Source: Lentimicrobiaceae bacterium
GTDB lineage: Bacteria > Bacteroidota > Bacteroidia > Bacteroidales > JAGNHN01
Reading direction: 5' to 3'
Assembly (NCBI GenBank): GCA_018001695.1
Contig: JAGNHN010000013.1
Coordinates: 218 to 64,217 of the forward strand
DNA: 64,000 nt
In this document: positions 27,790 through 36,925 of the stretch, in pieces
Layout of the letters: every line of letters begins with the position of its first letter
How positions within the stretch are numbered: position 1 is the stretch's first letter
Program-made: the position numbers and the translations under genes
The notes under the pieces: model-generated
Databases searched by the model: none
What the model was told of the DNA's origin: nothing
Seen by the model: only the letters and a program-made list of their open reading frames with translations

Positions 27790-30780
27790 TTATGCATGAT
27801 GATGATCCTGTGTGACTTCTCCACCCTCACGGTTGCGCACAAGGGTAAGGTAGCCGACACTGGGCAAAGTATGCAGTTGCTCAAGAAGATGGTAGTTGCG
27901 CTCATCCTTGACCATTTTGGAAACCTGGCTTTCAGGATCATTCAGATCCCCGAATACCATTGCTTTCGCAGGGCAGGCCTGCACGCAGGCGGGTTGTATC
28001 TCCCCATCCCGAATAAGGCGGTTCTCAGATTTCGCTTCAAGCTTCTTCTCCTGTATGCGCTGCACGCAGAAAGAGCATTTCTCAACCACCCCACGCTCCC
28101 TGACGGTGACGTCCGGGTTCAACACCATCCTGCCAAACTCCTCGTTGAGATTGTTCTTTTCAAACTTGTCATTGTCAACGTAGCGGAACCAGTTGAACCT
28201 GCGCACCTTGTAAGGGCAGTTATTCATACAGTAACGCGTTCCGACACAACGGTTGTAAGCCATCTGATTCAGGCCTTCGGCACTGTGCATGGTAGCGGCC
28301 ACCGGACAGACATTCTCACAGGGTGCATTGTCGCAATGCTGGCACATCAAAGGCTGATATACAACATCTGGATTGGAGAGATCGCCGTTGAAATAGCGGT
28401 CAATGCGGATCCAGTGCATGATGCGGCGCTTACGCACCTCTTCTTTTCCAACAACGGGGATATTATTTTCTGCCTGGCATGCGATGGCACAGGCACTGCA
28501 GCCTGTGCAGCGATTCAGATCAATGAACAGTCCCCAGTGATGACCAGGGAATTCCTGCTTACGATAAAGGCTGACATGGTGCTTTTCAGCGTAGGTATGC
28601 GCCTCATTCCCGGATGCAGGATCCTGAAGGTAGCGTTCAAGGGTCGTTTCCCTAACGATATCGCGGCCTTCCATCGAATGATGGGTTTGAGTTCTTGCAA
28701 ACTCCATCTTTTTCGAGGTGGCGGCCACCGTAATCCCTGCTGTATGGTATTTTCTGGTCCTTCCCTTATACTCCACCATCGGCCAGGCATTGCCACCAAC
28801 CCTGTCTCCAACCCGTCCGGCAACGGTGCGCCCATAACCCAGCGCGATGGATATTGTCCCTTCCGCCAGTCCGGGCTGAATGAGCACAGGAAGATCCAGC
28901 CGGTCCTGTATGCGGATGATGTTCCCGTCTCCGACCTTCAGGCTTTCTGCTAAAGCAGGCGAAATGGCCGCGAAGTTATCCCATGTAACCTTCGTCAGTG
29001 GATCCGGCAATTCCTGCAACCAGGGATTATTGGCATGTATGCCGTCTCCCATGGCAATGCTTTCATATAGATCAACTTCCAGATTGCCGGCAGGTGAAGG
29101 GGTGTAAGTGAAAGCTCCGAGCGCATCCGTGTTGAAGGGGAGTTCTGCGGGATCACCGTTTACCGGTTCAAACACCCCGGCTTGAAGGCTGGCATTCCAG
29201 AAATCCTCGAAGCGGGTGTGGTTCGACTGCATTCCAAAATAACGCTGCTGCCAGGTTTCCTTGATGTAATCCCTGTAGGTGTTGTCTTTTCCCATCCACT
29301 TCAGCAGGCTGTCCTGCATAGAACGTGTGTTGAACAAAGGATTGATACCTGGTTGTGCCAGTGTCAGCATACCGGGTCTGGCTTCTGCATCATCCCAGCT
29401 CTCCAGCATATGGTGTGCCGGCAGGGAGTAATTCATCAGCGCATCGGTTTCGTTTTTGAAGTTGTTGAAACTGATGCTGAGTCCGACCTTTTCCAGGGCT
29501 GCTTTAAGACGTTCTGGCGCTTCGTAATGATAGAAAGGATTCAAGCCGGCCACAAACAAGGCACTGACTTCACCCTTCTCTGCGCTGTTAACCAAGGCAT
29601 CGAAGGCATCGTCCTGTCCTTGTTTCGTGAGGTCCGGTGCACCAGTGAATATGGTCTTTCCATAGCTGCCGGCCATGTTATTGATGCCATTGATCAGTAC
29701 CTGCAGGTAAGGATCGTTGGTGCCAGCGACAACGAGGGTCTCTCCGGGATGCGCCATGATCTCATCCGCCAGCGCTTCCACATCCAGCGATGATTTGACT
29801 GCAGGAACGACAGGCTGCCCGGTTCTACCGGCCAGCTCATTATATAAATGTATGATGCCCGCCTCAAGCTCGGAAGGTTTCACAGGAATACGCAGGTCTG
29901 CCTTGCTACCGGCCAGGCTGAAGCTGCTCTCTACCTGGATGTGACGGCTCAGTTTCTTCTGCCCTTCCGTCAATGCCCTGGTTTCAGCATACTGACGCGT
30001 GAAAGCAATGGGAGACAACCATGTTCCGAGGAAGTCAGCGCCAAAGCTCAGAATCAGTCCGGCCTTGTCAAAACGGTATGAAGGGATACTGCGCGATCCG
30101 AATGAAGCAAAGTTGGCTTCGAGCATGCCACTGTAGGAGATGGGGTCATACATCACCAGCTCAAATCCCGGGAAACGGGTCTTGAATTCTTCCAACAGTC
30201 GCAGAGTTGACGGAGAAATGAGGGTATGCGTCAATAAAACCATCCGGCCACCTGCAGCACTGATTCGCTCCAGTTCTTTGATGATGACTTCATCCAGAAA
30301 GCTCCAGTCCTGGCTTTCTCCGGAGGCGGTGGGACCTTTGAGGCGGGCACTGCCGTCATACAGACTGATTACGCCGGCTTGTACCCTGGCATTGGTTCCT
30401 CCATGTGTGATGGATGATAACTCATTGCCTTCCAGTTTAATAGGCCTTCCATCTCTGACCTTCATCAGAACCGGACAGTAATCTCTTCCGTCATAATAGG
30501 TCGAGGCATACCAAATTGCCTTTCCGGGTTCAATTTCTTCTGGTTGATTCAGGTAGGGGATGGCCTTTTTTACCGGATTCTCGCAACTGGCGGCCAGTGC
30601 AGCGGTAGCTACACTGAATCCGGCCAGTTTAAGGAAATTGCGCCTGGACGTTTTGCTGCTGCCCAGGCCTTCCTCCAGCATCGCAACCACAGCACTGCGG
30701 TGCTCGGCTTCATGCTTGGCATCCAGCTCCTTCTGAGATATACCCTGGTATTCTTCCAGGCTTTTGTAGTATTGTTTCAT
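27790..30780 (-). CDS. actB: Alternative complex III ActB (molybdopterin-oxidoreductase-like domain plus 4-cluster FeS domain)
   Basis: Tat-like 'SRRNFLKLAGF'. FeS motifs 'CTGCSACAIAC', 'CQHCDNAPCENVCP', 'CVGTRYCMNNCP', 'CSFC'. Confidence 0.9.
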   Translation of the reverse strand: MKQYYKSLEEYQGISQKELDAKHEAEHRSAVVAMLEEGLGSSKTSRRNFLKLAGFSVATAALAASCENPVKKAIPYLNQPEEIEPGKAIWYASTYYDGRDYCPVLMKVRDGRPIKLEGNELSSITHGGTNARVQAGVISLYDGSARLKGPTASGESQDWSFLDEVIIKELERISAAGGRMVLLTHTLISPSTLRLLEEFKTRFPGFELVMYDPISYSGMLEANFASFGSRSIPSYRFDKAGLILSFGADFLGTWLSPIAFTRQYAETRALTEGQKKLSRHIQVESSFSLAGSKADLRIPVKPSELEAGIIHLYNELAGRTGQPVVPAVKSSLDVEALADEIMAHPGETLVVAGTNDPYLQVLINGINNMAGSYGKTIFTGAPDLTKQGQDDAFDALVNSAEKGEVSALFVAGLNPFYHYEAPERLKAALEKVGLSISFNNFKNETDALMNYSLPAHHMLESWDDAEARPGMLTLAQPGINPLFNTRSMQDSLLKWMGKDNTYRDYIKETWQQRYFGMQSNHTRFEDFWNASLQAGVFEPVNGDPAELPFNTDALGAFTYTPSPAGNLEVDLYESIAMGDGIHANNPWLQELPDPLTKVTWDNFAAISPALAESLKVGDGNIIRIQDRLDLPVLIQPGLAEGTISIALGYGRTVAGRVGDRVGGNAWPMVEYKGRTRKYHTAGITVAATSKKMEFARTQTHHSMEGRDIVRETTLERYLQDPASGNEAHTYAEKHHVSLYRKQEFPGHHWGLFIDLNRCTGCSACAIACQAENNIPVVGKEEVRKRRIMHWIRIDRYFNGDLSNPDVVYQPLMCQHCDNAPCENVCPVAATMHSAEGLNQMAYNRCVGTRYCMNNCPYKVRRFNWFRYVDNDKFEKNNLNEEFGRMVLNPDVTVRERGVVEKCSFCVQRIQEKKLEAKSENRLIRDGEIQPACVQACPAKAMVFGDLNDPESQVSKMVKDERNYHLLEQLHTLPSVGYLTLVRNREGGEVTQDHHHA

Positions 30781-30814
30781 AACATCATCGTGGCTTAAAA
30801 CAAGGAATTAGGAA

Positions 30815-31981
30815 TTAGTAATGGCACTTCATGCAGTCCAATCCACCCACATCTTCGACAGTAACTTTGGTCCTGCTGCCTGCCTTCAATTCTTCTTGCA
30901 ACCTGCTGTAAATGGAATAATAAGCATTTCCTGAGAAATGCACTTCTGTATCGCGATGGCAATTAACACACCACCCCATGGACAGGTCAGAATGTTGTTT
31001 CAGCACATGCATCTCCTCCACCGGACCATGACAGGTCTGGCACTCCACTTTTCCGGCCTGCACGTGCTGGGCATGACTGAAGAAAGCGTGGTCCGGCAGG
31101 TTGTGTACCCGTATCCATTCAACTGGTTTACCACTTTTTACCGCAGCATGGATCTTGTTTATTTCGAAGCGCCCCGACTGCGTTCCGTTGCGGATCACAT
31201 TATGGCAGTTCAGGCAGAGACTCACCGGTGGTATGCCTGCGGATTTGCTCTCCAAGGCGGTGTAGTGACAATATTCACAATCGATACCGTTCTCCCCGGA
31301 ATGGATCTTATGACTGAATTTGATGGGTTGATCTGGTGCATAGTTCTGTGTGCGGCTCAGGTCAATGGCTTCATGCACAAGAACTTTCATATGGAATGCA
31401 AATGCCACGATGAGCACAAGGGCGGGGATGGCTTTGTATTTTCCGTTTTTGCCAAACAGCAGTACCAGCAATGCCAGCAGCATGGCCAGCCCACTTCCCA
31501 GAAATATCATAAAATCGACAGGGATGGGCTTGTGGCGCGCCAGTCCTGTGGCTTTTACCTTTTTGAGGTAGGCGGCGATGAGGGTGTATTCTTTGTCCGT
31601 GAGCTCTATCTTGGCATGTGATCCTAGCATTTTCTGACTGGGATTGGTCATCACGCTCTTGAGATAGGCAGTGTCTGATGAAGCTGTGTAGGCATCCGCG
31701 AGGTCAAATACTGAGGGATTCCAGTTGATGGTATCCGCCGTCTGTGTATAATGACATGCAGCACATTCCGTAAATCCGCTACGGAACGGAATCAGGCCAA
31801 GGAACAAACGTTCTCCCTGCTTCTCTTCAAGGTCGGAATGTGGAGCCCAGACATCACCTCCTCCGGCGCCTGCTGCACGCACATATTGGTTGGAGGACCT
31901 GAATAGGTAGGAGCCGAAGAGAAGGCCGGCAAACAAGACCAGGATCAGCACCTTGACATTTCGGGATGTAGATCTTCGCAT
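30815..31981 (-). CDS. actA: Alternative complex III multiheme cytochrome c ActA, with six CxxCH motifs
   Basis: The likely start is the ATG at 31981 (MRRSTSRNVKVLILV...); the track start at 32068 adds 29 aa. Motifs are CAACH, CEYCH, CLNCH, CQTCH, CVNCH and CMKCH. Confidence 0.8.
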   Translation of the reverse strand: MRRSTSRNVKVLILVLFAGLLFGSYLFRSSNQYVRAAGAGGGDVWAPHSDLEEKQGERLFLGLIPFRSGFTECAACHYTQTADTINWNPSVFDLADAYTASSDTAYLKSVMTNPSQKMLGSHAKIELTDKEYTLIAAYLKKVKATGLARHKPIPVDFMIFLGSGLAMLLALLVLLFGKNGKYKAIPALVLIVAFAFHMKVLVHEAIDLSRTQNYAPDQPIKFSHKIHSGENGIDCEYCHYTALESKSAGIPPVSLCLNCHNVIRNGTQSGRFEINKIHAAVKSGKPVEWIRVHNLPDHAFFSHAQHVQAGKVECQTCHGPVEEMHVLKQHSDLSMGWCVNCHRDTEVHFSGNAYYSIYSRLQEELKAGSRTKVTVEDVGGLDCMKCHY

Positions 31982-32244
31982 AGCGATCAGATATGTGATT
32001 GTCAGATATTGTAAATATAAACATTCCGGCCATCTAATGCCCGGAAATGTCACATTATTTAACTTCAACCGGTGACCGGTGGTGGATGGAATTAAATAGC
32101 CCTACGGCTGAGCTATCACGGTTGGAGTTTTCCATTGCACGCACGCAATGAGCGAATGTATGCAAAATATAGCATATACCAATCAAGGCAGGAAAATATT
32201 CTACCCGCTGTTGGTGCGAGGGCATGATATATCTGAAAGGGGCA

Positions 32245-32279
32245 GCTGTATAAAGCAATAAATACGAATTGCTTACAGC
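32245..32279 (-). terminator. Hairpin after the TPM gene (12 bp with a 3-nt bulge); possible operon terminator
   Basis: GCTGT(ata)AAGCAAT-N8-ATTGCTTACAGC, verified by pairing. There is no T-run, so the assignment is weak. Confidence 0.3.
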
Positions 32280-32319
32280 TACGCCACCAAACCGTTGAAT
32301 AAAAAAGAATGTTGATAAA

Positions 32320-33132
32320 TTACCAGCGGCCGCCGGCACCTCCACCACCAAAACTGCCGCCACCGAAGCCGCCAAAGCCACCGCCACCTGAGCGTCCGCC
32401 CCCGAAACCGCCAAATCCGCCGGAGCTGCCACCCCTTCCGCTATTCATCATGGTCATGATCAGCCACCAGGGTAGCTCAGCGCCAATGGTTTGCATATTG
32501 TTGCGCTTGTTGCTGAACAAAGAAATCAGAAGGATGATGACGCCGATAATAATGAGCGCTACCCAGAATGGTGGAGCATCAGCATCCTGACTGGCTTGAT
32601 ATTCACCGGAAGCCAGCGCGATCAAAGCCGATACACCAGCATCGATCCCCTGGTAATAATCCCCCATCCTGAAATGAGGTATCATCTCATTCTCCACGAT
32701 TCGTTTCGCCATGGCATCGGGGATGGCGCCCTCCAGGCCATAGCCCGTGGCGATGAAAACATCCCCCATCTCGTTCTCGTACCGAGGCTTGACCAGTACG
32801 ATCACGCCGTTGTCAAATCCCTTCTGACCAACACCCCAGCTTTCACCGATGCTGAAAGCCATATCGGCAGCGCTATAACCTTCCAGTGATTTAAGTGTAA
32901 CTACGGCGATCTGCGTGGAGGAGGTGTCATTGAAGGCAACCAGCCGCTGCTCCAGGCTTTCAGCCTGGGAAACATCGAGTATGCCCGCCAGATCGTTCAC
33001 CAGTCTTGGCGGGTTAGGTTTTGACGGAGCCTGTCCTACCAGGCTGTACATGAAGATGAGCAGGAAAATACCTGCCGCCAGGTATTGCTTATTCCGCAAA
33101 AGAAATATCATTGCTGAGTTCATTGATGTCAT
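32320..33132 (-). CDS. TPM-domain (YgcG-like) membrane protein with a Gly-rich C-terminal tail
   Basis: Signal peptide, TPM core 'D.AG.L....LE..L..F......Q.AVVT', a TM helix, and the tail 'GGFGGFGGGRSGGGGFGGFGGG'. The start is ambiguous (ATG at 33132, 33123 or 33111). Confidence 0.75.
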   Translation of the reverse strand: MTSMNSAMIFLLRNKQYLAAGIFLLIFMYSLVGQAPSKPNPPRLVNDLAGILDVSQAESLEQRLVAFNDTSSTQIAVVTLKSLEGYSAADMAFSIGESWGVGQKGFDNGVIVLVKPRYENEMGDVFIATGYGLEGAIPDAMAKRIVENEMIPHFRMGDYYQGIDAGVSALIALASGEYQASQDADAPPFWVALIIIGVIILLISLFSNKRNNMQTIGAELPWWLIMTMMNSGRGGSSGGFGGFGGGRSGGGGFGGFGGGSFGGGGAGGRW

Positions 33133-33526
33133 CTTCCTGTCTGGGGAAATGGGCTCCCAACTGGGCACCCGCAAGCCGGATCCCTTCGGTCAGGCCAGTA
33201 ACAAAATCACCTTCCCTGAAATGATGGATCATCAGGTCCCTGACCTCATCCCAAAAACCCTCCGGAACAGCGGTGTTGATGCCTTCATCCCCGATAATGG
33301 CAAGCTTCCTGTCCTCGATGGCCAGATAGATCAGAACCCCGTTCTTTAAGCGGGTTTTTTCCATGCCAAGTTTGTCAAAAAGGTAGATGGCCCGTTCTAT
33401 CTGGTCCCCTTTGCAGCGGGTCTCAAGATGTACGCATATCTCTCCGCTCGTCAGGCCTTCTGCATCAGAAATGGCTTTCAGGATGGCCTCTTTCTGTTCC
33501 TGGGTGAAGAATTTCCTTGCTCCCAT
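33089..33526 (-). CDS. TPM-domain protein (short form)
   Basis: 145 aa with 'I..AE..TSGEI.VH......GD....A...F..LGM..T...NGVLIYLA...R..AI.GD.GI'. Confidence 0.75.
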   Translation of the reverse strand: MGARKFFTQEQKEAILKAISDAEGLTSGEICVHLETRCKGDQIERAIYLFDKLGMEKTRLKNGVLIYLAIEDRKLAIIGDEGINTAVPEGFWDEVRDLMIHHFREGDFVTGLTEGIRLAGAQLGAHFPRQEDDINELSNDISFAE

Positions 33527-33529
33527 TGT

Positions 33530-34117
33530 CTAAAACTCTACAACAGGAGCCTCTTCAGCACCTTCCGCTGCCTCGAAATAGGCTTTGCTGCCAAAACCAA
33601 ACAGCCCGGCGATCAGATTGCCCGGAAAACGGCGCACTGTGGTGTTGTAATCCCGGGCCACTTCGTTGAAACGCTTGCGCTCCACCGTGATGCGGTTTTC
33701 AGTGCCCTCAAGCTGGGATTGCAGCTCCAGAAAGTTCTGGTTGGCCTTCAGATCAGGATAACGCTCAACAACCACCATCAATCGGGATAAAGCAGAGCTT
33801 AACCCGTCCTGTGCCTGCTGGAACTGCTGAAACGACTGCGCATCTAGGTTCTTGGGATCAACGGTGATGCCGGTGGCCTTGGCCCTCGCTTCAATAACCT
33901 GAGTCAGGGTCTGCTGCTCGAATTCAGCATAACCCTTTACCGTAGCTACCAGGTTGGGAATGAGGTCAGCGCGGCGTTGATAGACATTCTCTACCTGCGC
34001 CCAGCTTTCTGTTACGGCTTCTTCTTTGCCAACCAGACGGTTATAAATCCCGGAACCCCATAAAACGGCGAGGACAAGGAGGACAATGATGATGATAACA
34101 CTTCTGGATCCTTTCAT
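33530..34117 (-). CDS. lemA: LemA family protein
   Basis: N-terminal TM helix plus 'YNRLV...E.V...W.QVE..YQRRADLIPNLV.TVKGYA.FE' and 'YPDLKAN.NF..LQ..L'. Confidence 0.9.
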   Translation of the reverse strand: MKGSRSVIIIIVLLVLAVLWGSGIYNRLVGKEEAVTESWAQVENVYQRRADLIPNLVATVKGYAEFEQQTLTQVIEARAKATGITVDPKNLDAQSFQQFQQAQDGLSSALSRLMVVVERYPDLKANQNFLELQSQLEGTENRITVERKRFNEVARDYNTTVRRFPGNLIAGLFGFGSKAYFEAAEGAEEAPVVEF

Positions 34118-34158
34118 ACTTACTTTGGATTAAGGTTTTCAGGGCTAAAGGTAATGAT

Positions 34159-36078
34159 TTACAGATGTGATGCTGCACCTGGGTCAATAAAGCCCAGACT
34201 GCGACGAACAAAATCCGTTAGTGCTTCACCATACAACAACTGCTGTGAAAGCAGGGCCAGATCACTGATTTGCCTGATGCGTCCATTTCTTTCATCTTCA
34301 GATAATTGCGTCAGGTTGTTGATAAGAGCGTGATTGGTATTGACAACCACATTCAGGCTTTCCGGGAAGGCATCGAAGCCCGCCCTGCCACCCAGGGCCG
34401 ACATGTCGCGCATGCGCCGCATGAACTCCGGACGCGTAATGATCATAGGCATATCCTGGGGGGATAAGGCCGCAAAGCTGACCGAAAAACGCTCCTTCCC
34501 CAGCACGTCTTCTATCCAGGGCCTGACCTTGTCCTGATCCTCCTGGCTTAGGATACCCGGCAGGCTGTCCTCCTTTTCAATCAGGCGGTCCATCGTATCG
34601 GCATCCACCCGGCTGAAACGCACATCTTCCAGCTTCTGCTCCAGATTGTGAATGAAATGCTGATCCAGGGTGCCATCCATCAATAAGATGTCATAACCCC
34701 TTTCGCGGGCAGATGCAATATAGGCATGCTGCGCCTTGACGTCATTGGAATAGAGGTAAACCAACTTGTTGTTTTTGTCTTTTTGCTGATTTTCAACGTG
34801 CTGACGGTATGAGTCCAGGGTGAAATATTGTCCGTCGATGTTTTTCAGCAATACAAACTTCTGCGCCCGCTCATAGAACTTCTCATCCGTGATCATCCCA
34901 TATTGAATGAAGATGCGGATATCGTCCCATTTCTTCTCAAATTCTTCACGCTGATTTTTGAAAATCTCATCCAGCTTATCGGCCACTTTCTTCGTGATAT
35001 GCCCTGAGATCTTCTTTACACTGGCATCGCTCTGCAGATAACTCCGCGATACATTCAGCGGTATGTCCGGAGAATCTATCACCCCATGCAATAGCGTCAG
35101 AAAATCCGGCACAATACCCTCCACCGAATCAGTTACGAAAACCTGATTACAATAAAGTTGTATTTTATCTTTTTGAATATCAACGTTTTTCTTAACTTTT
35201 GGGAAGTAGAGTACACCAGTGAGATTGAAGGGATAATCAACGTTGAGGTGTATATGGAACAGGGGTTCTTCCATGCTGAAAGGATAGAGCTCCCTGTAAA
35301 ATGCCTGATAATCCTCTTCCTTCAGATCAACCGGCTTACGTTTCCAGGCAGGATTGACATTGTTAATGATGCGCGGTCGAGTCGTTTCATCATATTTGTC
35401 ATGTCCCTGCTCATCTTTCTCACCTTCAATCTTTTCCCAATGCTTCTCATCCCCAAACCGGATGGGCACCGGCAGGAATCGGCAGTATTTCTTCAGTAAT
35501 GACAGGATACGCCCTTCTTCCAGGAATTCCAGTGAGTCGTCGGCAATGTGGAGAACCACATCGGTGCCCCGATCAGTGCGTTCAGTTTCTTCCAACTGGT
35601 ATTCCGGACTTCCATCACAGCTCCAGTGGATGCCTTTGGTGCCAGCTCCTTTGCGATAGGTCTTGCTGAAGATCTCTACTTTGGAGCTGACCATGAAAGC
35701 ACTGTAGAAACCCAGTCCGAAATGGCCGATGATGGATGCAGCATCTGCCTCTGATTTGCCTTTGTATTTGGCAATGAATTCCTCGGCACTGGAGAAGGCA
35801 ATCTGGTTGATGTATTTGTCGATTTCTTCCGCCGTCATCCCAATACCCTTATCTCGTATTCGCAGTGTTTTGTTCTCCTTGTCAAGCATGACCTCAATGG
35901 TCAGATCTCCAAGGTCTCCCTTGATATTGCCGCGCGATGCCAGGAATTTTAGTTTTTCTGTCGCATCTACTGCGTTGGAAATGAGTTCTCTGAGAAATAT
36001 TTCATGATCCGAGTACAGGAACTTCTTAATGATGGGGAAGATGTTCTCCGTCTGAACATTGATTTTTCCGGTCTGCAT
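34159..36078 (-). CDS. htpG: Molecular chaperone HtpG (Hsp90)
   Basis: 'YSDHEIFLRELISNAVDA', 'IGHFGLGFYSAFMV', and the expected length of 639 aa. Confidence 0.95.
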   Translation of the reverse strand: MQTGKINVQTENIFPIIKKFLYSDHEIFLRELISNAVDATEKLKFLASRGNIKGDLGDLTIEVMLDKENKTLRIRDKGIGMTAEEIDKYINQIAFSSAEEFIAKYKGKSEADAASIIGHFGLGFYSAFMVSSKVEIFSKTYRKGAGTKGIHWSCDGSPEYQLEETERTDRGTDVVLHIADDSLEFLEEGRILSLLKKYCRFLPVPIRFGDEKHWEKIEGEKDEQGHDKYDETTRPRIINNVNPAWKRKPVDLKEEDYQAFYRELYPFSMEEPLFHIHLNVDYPFNLTGVLYFPKVKKNVDIQKDKIQLYCNQVFVTDSVEGIVPDFLTLLHGVIDSPDIPLNVSRSYLQSDASVKKISGHITKKVADKLDEIFKNQREEFEKKWDDIRIFIQYGMITDEKFYERAQKFVLLKNIDGQYFTLDSYRQHVENQQKDKNNKLVYLYSNDVKAQHAYIASARERGYDILLMDGTLDQHFIHNLEQKLEDVRFSRVDADTMDRLIEKEDSLPGILSQEDQDKVRPWIEDVLGKERFSVSFAALSPQDMPMIITRPEFMRRMRDMSALGGRAGFDAFPESLNVVVNTNHALINNLTQLSEDERNGRIRQISDLALLSQQLLYGEALTDFVRRSLGFIDPGAASHL

Positions 36079-36228
36079 TTTTCTTGATTTTTATCTTCGG
36101 TATATACTGCGCAAAGCCTGTGCCAGCAAGCACCTGGCTGACAAATTGGCAATCCGGTGTTTCGGTGCGCATTATTGTCAGACCCAATGCAAAGGAAATA
36201 TGGCATTACCTGGATAGTTTGCCCTATG

Positions 36229-36696
36229 TCATAGCCGTGGCAAGGGATCCAGCCAGCCTAGCTTGCCAAGTGCCCACCAGCCACATAATATTGCTTCTGC
36301 TGCGTCGTCCTGCAATGCTGTTTGCGGTTTTGGCCCATTCAGGTGATCAATCACACGGCGGGCCATTTGAATGGCTTGTTGCTTGGCCTGTATCCCGCTC
36401 CTGCGCTCGCGGGAGTAAAAGATGTCCTTGCGCCATACATCGGCCGAGGTAAGCAGTACGGCAATTTCCAGTCTTCTTGCCTCTTCCGACCAGGCTTGTG
36501 CCAGTGGCCCACCTCCTTCTATCACAAGATAATGCAGATCAGGTATTTCCCTGATCATGGATGCCGCGGCTCTCCGCAGGCGGGAAGCATTGCCGTAATT
36601 TCGTGATCCGTATGACAGTATCTCCGGATGATTCGTGTACACGGCAAATCCGGTTCTTACTCCCAGGTCTACAGCCAGTAATTTCTCCGTATCCAT
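36229..36696 (-). CDS. Hypothetical protein with a RuvC-like / RNase H-fold signature
   Basis: By-eye alignment to E. coli RuvC: 'LLAVDLGVRTGFAVY' (D10), 'YLVIEGG' (E60), 'QDDAAEAIL' (D131, E134). At 155 aa it is shorter than canonical RuvC. Confidence 0.45.
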   Translation of the reverse strand: MDTEKLLAVDLGVRTGFAVYTNHPEILSYGSRNYGNASRLRRAAASMIREIPDLHYLVIEGGGPLAQAWSEEARRLEIAVLLTSADVWRKDIFYSRERRSGIQAKQQAIQMARRVIDHLNGPKPQTALQDDAAEAILCGWWALGKLGWLDPLPRL

Positions 36697-36701
36697 GTTG
36701 G

Positions 36702-36709
36702 CAAAGGTA
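36702..36709 (-). promoter_or_regulatory. Bacteroidota -7 promoter box (TACCTTTG) only 5 nt upstream of the RuvC-like ATG
   Basis: The minus strand reads cTTACCTTTG-CCAAC-ATG. This geometry implies a leaderless or near-leaderless mRNA. Confidence 0.5.
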
Positions 36710-36925
36710 AGTGAATCAGAGTTTTTATATACAGGATAGATATATCTTGGCCAATCCGGTAATTTTCCTAACTTAGCCCGGACGATTCGCTTGACAGGGC
36801 CCGGCCCGGATGATAAAGATACTGATCAGCGGTCTGACCGTATCAGCAACCTGTAACTCAGAAAACCCAGGTTGCCGGACTGTTATACCGTTACTTTAAT
36901 AACGTACCAACCAACACCAGTCGTT

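Noticed and set aside
27796-28953. Long antisense ORFs inside well-supported genes. Examples: 385 aa opposite actB; 416 aa at 51010..52260 opposite uvrA; 288 aa at 46148..47014 opposite secDF; 256 aa at 16335..17105 opposite cydA; 243 aa at 48188..48919 opposite the FG-GAP gene; 244 aa at 40975..41709; 227 aa at 30938..31621.
   Set aside because: Each lies wholly within a gene whose sense-strand product has unmistakable family motifs. Their translations are low-complexity (Arg/Gly/His/Pro-rich) with no recognisable motifs. Such shadow ORFs are expected from codon bias at about 50% GC.
32309-32590. Plus-strand ORF encoding a Pro/Lys-rich stretch (PPAPPPPKLPPPKPPKPPPP...).
   Set aside because: It is the reverse-complement image of the Gly-rich tail of the minus-strand TPM/YgcG-like protein, so it is an artefact of low-complexity coding sequence.
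36747-36790. E. coli-type TTGACA-N17-TAAAGA promoter-like string upstream of ilvE.
   Set aside because: The -10 match is weak. The organism evidently uses the Bacteroidota TAnnTTTG architecture, so I cannot support it as a promoter.
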